A DNA stretch of 64,000 nt, from positions 3,649 through 67,648 of the forward strand of contig DUVA01000129.1 in the NCBI GenBank assembly GCA_012841305.1. The letters are read 5' to 3'. Each line of letters begins with the position of its first letter. Positions within the stretch are counted from its first letter, which is position 1. The notes below the pieces were generated by a model, which had not been told where the DNA came from, did no database searches, and worked only from the letters and a program-made list of their open reading frames with translations. Positions 59,294 to 64,000 of the stretch are shown here, in pieces. The DNA is from Bacillota bacterium (GTDB lineage: Bacteria; Bacillota; SHA-98; UBA4971). Both the position numbers and the translations under genes were made by a program.

Positions 59294-60187
59294 TCAGTCC
59301 CCGTCCATGATGACGGCAAGCTGTTCAATTAGGGAAAGACGCCCCATTGGGGTATTTACCTGCTCAATTGTGGGGATTCCCAAAAGTCGATACTCACTCA
59401 TGAAGGAGAAACCGACAGTTCCGGATTCTACGATGACAGTAGGGATGGCAAAGCGCTGAAACGCCTTAACAAGCGGGATATCGGTATGGATAGGCGTATG
59501 GGCCGGATCTTCGCTACCCCCGACGATTACCACTGCGTCGCACTTTGCTGCATCAAAAGGGTCAATCTGCAGATACTCGGAATAGAGGAGGACATCAACT
59601 GCGGGCAAATGCGAAGGATCTTCGCAGATAACCAACGTAGCAACGGAATCAGCGAGCTTCTGCCCTACTATGCCGGGGGAAGCTTTGCCGAGGCCGTACA
59701 ATGCGCCGAGTTCTCCGGTATCTTCAGAACTGACCGGTTCTAATCTCTTTCTTACATGGACTACTTGACTAATGGATGCGCCTGCGTCTTGAAGTGCAAC
59801 TGTCATCACCTGAGTTTCATCATAGGACAATCCTTGAGCAGGGACTACCACGGCTACGCATTTGCCTGTCAACTTCCCCGAAACAAGCCTGGGAAGTGCC
59901 ATTTCTGCGAATGCCATTGAATTTTCAAGTAAGGATTCGGTTGCCACGAGGCGAGCATAAAGCGCTTCACGGTCTCTCCTAATCAACGTGAATTCTGACT
60001 CAATTCCGTCGATTAGTGATTGCTGGTGTCTGAGCAAGGTATCGTCTTTTACTATGATGCTTCCCAGAAAAATTCCCAAGCCTAAGGCAAAGAATACTGC
60101 TACAGTCGAAGTAATATGATATCTGAGACTTACCATTCCCTGTACATTCTCCTTATGACTCTTTCTGTCAAACAGGCCATGTTGCAA
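59294..60187 (-). CDS. Membrane-anchored protein of the MctB-like family (annotated 'copper transporter' family in Firmicutes), conserved partner of steA
   Basis: It has an N-terminal TM (ITSTVAVFFALGLGIFLGSII), a coiled segment and a C-terminal alpha/beta domain. It overlaps the 3' end of steA by 20 nt. Confidence 0.45.
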   Translation of the reverse strand: MQHGLFDRKSHKENVQGMVSLRYHITSTVAVFFALGLGIFLGSIIVKDDTLLRHQQSLIDGIESEFTLIRRDREALYARLVATESLLENSMAFAEMALPRLVSGKLTGKCVAVVVPAQGLSYDETQVMTVALQDAGASISQVVHVRKRLEPVSSEDTGELGALYGLGKASPGIVGQKLADSVATLVICEDPSHLPAVDVLLYSEYLQIDPFDAAKCDAVVIVGGSEDPAHTPIHTDIPLVKAFQRFAIPTVIVESGTVGFSFMSEYRLLGIPTIEQVNTPMGRLSLIEQLAVIMDGD

Positions 60188-61298
60188 GTTTCAACTGCAT
60201 GATAATGAGCCTCAGGAACTGACGCAGAGTCTGAGAGGCTGCCACACTTGTTGAGAGGGGGACAAGGCCGGCCAAGGCTACCTTGGCGATGTCTCTACCT
60301 CGTGCGCTATTCTTATAGAGCTTACTGACTCCCTTCGCGTCAATGAGGACTGACCCTACTTTCAATCGTGTCAGAAATGTGCTTGACATTCCTTGGCGTC
60401 CCTTATCGAGAAAGTCTTCGACTGAAGAATGACTTCCTACAATGACTATAAGTTCAGCACCTTTCTCGTAGGCAAGTAGAAGCGCAAGGTCTTCGCTGAG
60501 CCCGGGAACTTGGCATTCCACTGCCTCGACACTCAACTGTTTCAACCTCTCTCGTCCCGGAGAGTGCCCGCTGGGATAGACATGGACTACAAGCTCAGAG
60601 CCGTGTTTCAGTGCCCGGTCACTTGCGCTGTCCATATCCCCTACTATGATGTGTGGCAAAACGCCAAAACGTAGAAGGGTGTCTGCAGCTCCGTCCACGG
60701 CAATGACAACAGGCCTCATTTCGTAAATGTAGGGTATGACAGCCCTTAGATCATCGTGGTATCCCCGCCCCCTTGCTACAACAAGCACATGCCTTCCGGC
60801 AATTCTCGTGCGGAGTTCAGGGAAAGTGATGTCTCTCAAAATTAGGGATCTTTCTTGCTTGGCGTGTTCCATCGTGTTAAGGACAAATGCGTCAACCCGG
60901 TCGGCCAGACATGTTCTGGCTTCTTTCAGTCGTTCCAGGACTTCAGCTCTGCCCAGGATTGTCCCTTGGCAGATTATCGTTCCGTTCTTCCGTAACGTAT
61001 TGCCGATTATCTCTACAACATCCCCGTCCCTGACCGCCTCCATCACCCTCGGTCCTACGCAATCCAATAAACGAATCCCGGCATCGCACAAATTGAGCGG
61101 GCCGGGATTGTAGTATTTACCTGTAATGGAAGATTTGACGTTTACAACTCCTCGAACCCTTGCCAGGATCAGTGCGTCACAAGCTACCTCGTCAATATCT
61201 TCGTGGTCAAGAATAGCGATTTCCCCTCGACAGACACGAGAGATAAGGTTTTTCGTTCTTCTGTCCAGTCTCGCTACGCCCTTGATCTTGACCTTCAT
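60168..61298 (-). CDS. steA: Putative cytokinetic ring protein SteA (thiamine-pyrophosphokinase-like fold)
   Basis: MKVKIKGVARLDRRTKNLISR...GEIAILDHEDIDEVA is a SteA-family N-terminus. It has a C-terminal membrane segment and lies downstream of spo0A, as in Clostridia. Confidence 0.7.
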   Translation of the reverse strand: MKVKIKGVARLDRRTKNLISRVCRGEIAILDHEDIDEVACDALILARVRGVVNVKSSITGKYYNPGPLNLCDAGIRLLDCVGPRVMEAVRDGDVVEIIGNTLRKNGTIICQGTILGRAEVLERLKEARTCLADRVDAFVLNTMEHAKQERSLILRDITFPELRTRIAGRHVLVVARGRGYHDDLRAVIPYIYEMRPVVIAVDGAADTLLRFGVLPHIIVGDMDSASDRALKHGSELVVHVYPSGHSPGRERLKQLSVEAVECQVPGLSEDLALLLAYEKGAELIVIVGSHSSVEDFLDKGRQGMSSTFLTRLKVGSVLIDAKGVSKLYKNSARGRDIAKVALAGLVPLSTSVAASQTLRQFLRLIIMQLKLATWPV

Positions 61299-61494
61299 GC
61301 AGTCACCCTTTAAAGCCCCTGGTGATGCCCTTCCTGCACTGCCGCCTCCAAGTTATCTCCTTGTAAGTAGTATGCATTACCTCAGGCTTTCTCATTCCGG
61401 CGCGTGCCGGGATTAGAATCTGGGTAATTTGCACAAATCGGAGGACGCAAGAAACTCAAGAACAAGAGATGCGCAAGACTTCAACGAGAGAAAC

Positions 61495-62274
61495 CTAACT
61501 CGCACGAATATCGAGACGGATCTTGTCCGCTATCCTGGCGATAAAAGCGGAGTTTGTGGGTTTCCCCTTCTCACTGCTGACCGTGTATCCGAATAAGCCG
61601 TTCAAGAGTTCAATATTCCCTCTGGTCCAGGCGATTTCTATTGCATGTCTGATAGCCCGTTCCACTCTGGCTGCGGTAGTATCAAACGTCTCAGCCACAC
61701 GAGGGTACAGCTCCTTAGTAACGCTGTTCAAGAGTGTGACTTCGCCGATTACAAGGATTATTGCTTCTCTGAGGTATGTGTACCCTCTGATGTTTGCAGG
61801 GATTCCCATATCATGGATTAGTCTGGTGACTTCAGAATGAAGGTCTCTGGAAGGAGGAGAATATTCCATGTGCCTTCCCTTAATTACTTGATGCGATGAC
61901 ATTACCTGGCGTATCCTGTCTGCCAATGTCTGAATGTCAAACGGCTTTACAACGTAGTAATCTGCTCCTATGTCAGTCAATTGCTGCACAATACGCTCCT
62001 GGCCGAGGGCAGTGAGGACCACGAATTTTGGCCGATGATTTAACCTCTGTTCAGACAGGCGCTCGAGCACGCCCATTCCGTCCAAGTGAGGCATGATAAT
62101 ATCCAAAACTACAACATCAGGTTCTAGCTCCGATATCTTCTTTAGAGCCTCAATGCCGTCATATGCTATTCCAACCACTGACATGTCGGATTGTGAATCA
62201 AGGAATCCTATCAAGACCTCACACAAATCATGGTTATCATCCACTATGAGAACACGTGTCACGCCTTGTCCCAT
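61495..62274 (-). CDS. spo0A: Stage 0 sporulation protein A (response regulator, master sporulation regulator)
   Basis: It has a receiver domain (LIVDDN...DIIMPHLDG). The Spo0A-specific C-terminus is near-identical to Bacillus in IRGYTYLREAI...ARVERAIRHAIEIAWTRGNIELLNGLFGYTVS...KPTNSAFIARIADKIRL. Confidence 0.95.
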   Translation of the reverse strand: MGQGVTRVLIVDDNHDLCEVLIGFLDSQSDMSVVGIAYDGIEALKKISELEPDVVVLDIIMPHLDGMGVLERLSEQRLNHRPKFVVLTALGQERIVQQLTDIGADYYVVKPFDIQTLADRIRQVMSSHQVIKGRHMEYSPPSRDLHSEVTRLIHDMGIPANIRGYTYLREAIILVIGEVTLLNSVTKELYPRVAETFDTTAARVERAIRHAIEIAWTRGNIELLNGLFGYTVSSEKGKPTNSAFIARIADKIRLDIRAS

Positions 62275-62415
62275 GATACCACCCCAATCAATGCTCCTTG
62301 GGTCAGGGTGTGTAGCGACTTCCCTGACGCCCTATGAATTCGCCATCTCACAGTGAACTCCTTCCTAATTGCCGAAAATCACATAATTGTCCCAACTGAC
62401 TGTGTAATGAGACTA

Positions 62416-63840
62416 TCATGACAATGATTCAGATATGCTCAAGGATTCATGTTGAGGTTCGAGGAAACCTGCATCCCGGACCAGCCATTCCGCGAGAACG
62501 CCGTATCCCCTTGTTTGATCTGAGACAAAGACATGGGTCAATACACCTGCCAGCTTGTTGTTTTGGATGATAGGACTACCTGACATACCCTGTACTATCC
62601 CACCGGTAACTGACAGTAAGCGTGGGTCGGAAATACGGATTACCAATCCTTTGATTTGAGGGCTGGCTTGCCTCGTCACACGCTGGATCTCTACATCAAA
62701 CCGCTCTATCATGTCCTCTTGTAAGACTGTATAGAGATGGGCAGGGCCAGGTGCGACTTCATCTGCAAGAGCCACCGGAATCGGTTCGCGAAAATAGGGA
62801 TTGAGAGGCATAGTGTTGAGCCTGCCGAAAATACCAAATCTGGTGTTTCGATCTATGGTTCCGATTATGTCCTCTTCTCCGCTGAAACTGCCAATCTTCT
62901 CTCCGGGCTGGCCACGGCTGCCTTGATGAATACCGAGAATTTGAGCGGCAACTATCATGCCGCTGGCTACATCCATGTCCCTGTTGGTAGATGTGTCTGT
63001 AATAACATGTCCCAGTGCGCAGTAGAGACCTGAGTCTGGATGATAGAAAGACAGGGTGCCGACACCTGCTGCATTTTCTCGAACCCATATACCCAGCTTG
63101 TAGGTGGTATCTCTCTCATCTGTAGGCATGTGGACTTCCTCGGATAGTTTTTCGCGAGAGATAGCAATTGGCTTTAGCCTTACCGTAATCTTCTTGGAAT
63201 TACGTAAGATACTGATCTCCGCCTGTGCGCCGGCTCTCCCGATATCGTCTATGGCACGTTCTATCTGTGACTTGCTGTTCACAGTCTGTCCGTTGATGCG
63301 AAGAATGACATCTCCTACCTGGATACCTGCGTCACGTGCAGGATAGTACGAGTGCCCGTCAGACCCAACCAGAGGATAATGCCCTATCACCACGACACCC
63401 CTGGAAGGCAGCAAAACTCCGATTGATTGCCCTCCGGGAAATACGCGGATGTCCGGCACTACGCTGACAACCATTCTCTTGAGGGGAATCAGATCCCACA
63501 GACGCACCTCAAGACTACTTTCACCCTGACTGAGAGGAACAAGCTTTACTCCGCCCTCAAAAGGCAGAAGCTCTAGGCCTGAGGCGGTTCTGCGCAAGTC
63601 AAGAGGCCGGCCTAATTGAACTTCCCTTGCATTTCCTTCTATGAGTGTGATTCTACTGGGTATTCCTCCTACAGTGAGGGAATAAGCAGCAAGACATACC
63701 AGTGCAAACACTAAGAATCTCTGGATAACCTGAACTCTGAAACCTTGTCTGTTTCCGTCCGGTGGATGATGCTGTTCCAAACCTCGTCTACCCCCAACAC
63801 AACATGAATAAGAGTAAGTAATGACGTTCCTATACAGCAT
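62416..63840 (-). CDS. spoIVB: SpoIVB peptidase (S55 family, with a PDZ domain); N-terminal boundary uncertain
   Basis: It has a TM (FLVFALVCLAAYSLTV), a PDZ domain (GIQVGDVILRINGQTV) and an S55 catalytic core (GALGHVITD, GMSGSPII). The track ORF begins with a TTG at 63957 that has no RBS. The first ATG is at 63840. It is adjacent to spo0A, as in Bacillus and Clostridium. Confidence 0.8.
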   Translation of the reverse strand: MLYRNVITYSYSCCVGGRRGLEQHHPPDGNRQGFRVQVIQRFLVFALVCLAAYSLTVGGIPSRITLIEGNAREVQLGRPLDLRRTASGLELLPFEGGVKLVPLSQGESSLEVRLWDLIPLKRMVVSVVPDIRVFPGGQSIGVLLPSRGVVVIGHYPLVGSDGHSYYPARDAGIQVGDVILRINGQTVNSKSQIERAIDDIGRAGAQAEISILRNSKKITVRLKPIAISREKLSEEVHMPTDERDTTYKLGIWVRENAAGVGTLSFYHPDSGLYCALGHVITDTSTNRDMDVASGMIVAAQILGIHQGSRGQPGEKIGSFSGEEDIIGTIDRNTRFGIFGRLNTMPLNPYFREPIPVALADEVAPGPAHLYTVLQEDMIERFDVEIQRVTRQASPQIKGLVIRISDPRLLSVTGGIVQGMSGSPIIQNNKLAGVLTHVFVSDQTRGYGVLAEWLVRDAGFLEPQHESLSISESLS

Positions 63841-64000
63841 CAAGGAGGCTGCTTTCCGCGCCTCCTTAACTCGTAAGTCGTAAGTTCCGACATTACCCTG
63901 CCCGCAATCGTTGTTTTTATGCCGTTTAAAGTTTTCATGTGGTGTCGGTAGCTGCAAGCTAAGACAAGGGTGGGCTAAACTGTAATGAAATGATAAAGGT

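Noticed and set aside
1-64000. Mobile elements, prophage, CRISPR, tRNA/rRNA
   Set aside because: There are no integrase, transposase or recombinase ORFs, no direct-repeat arrays, no tRNA-like T-arm consensus (the GGTTCGAATCC variants are absent), and no rRNA-like stretches. Gene content is core housekeeping and sporulation throughout.

Overview
This 64 kb window looks like a core chromosomal segment of a spore-forming Firmicute, probably of the class Clostridia. GC content is about 50% and nearly every gene lies on the minus strand. I see no rRNA, tRNA, CRISPR array, integrase or transposase. Non-coding positions were measured against the printed sequence lines; a few protein-level reads were made from strings I assembled myself and may be off by a few bases.

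Gene content in window order (all on the minus strand unless marked):
- thpR (partial) and cinA.
- An FtsH-like AAA/Zn-protease paralog and a hypothetical membrane protein.
- The conserved block rpe-rsgA-prkC-prpC-rlmN.
- A histidine phosphatase (plus strand).
- An envelope cluster: an SLH/coiled-coil protein, a secreted CARDB/cohesin-like protein, and TonB-ExbD-ExbB.
- A BMP-family nucleoside ABC transporter operon whose ATPase gene carries an in-frame TAG.
- gdh, rimO, a DAG-kinase-family lipid kinase, a HAD hydrolase and a class IV aminotransferase.
- An unusual set of hydrolase-like genes: a P-loop plus NDT/LOG-like fusion, a truncated and degenerate M20 homolog, an alkaline-phosphatase-superfamily membrane protein, and a PHP phosphoesterase.
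- hup, rodZ and ftsK.
- Two Na/Pi cotransporters flanking uppP.
- ylzJ, tepA, an ABC-2 exporter pair and RNase J.
- The dapA-lysC-asd-dpaB-dpaA-dapB block for lysine/dipicolinate synthesis, with a sigma-K-like promoter in front of dpaA.
- A spo0E-like gene paired with a glycine-zipper stress protein.
- A spore-cortex module: a GH18 hydrolase (plus strand), two NodB deacetylases and a SleB/CwlJ-like hydrolase.
- A DinG-like helicase, nfo, a GT4 and a GT2 glycosyltransferase, an mctB-like gene, steA, spo0A and spoIVB.

Synteny matches the Bacillus/Clostridium dap-rnj-tepA-ylzJ-ftsK-rodZ and spoIVB-spo0A backbones, with lineage-specific insertions.

The main curiosities are the in-frame amber codon in the ABC ATPase, the hydrolase-like module at 26.1-31.1 kb, and the TonB/SLH/cohesin envelope cluster. 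There are also several structured intergenic hairpins, and TTG or GTG starts on hup and other genes.
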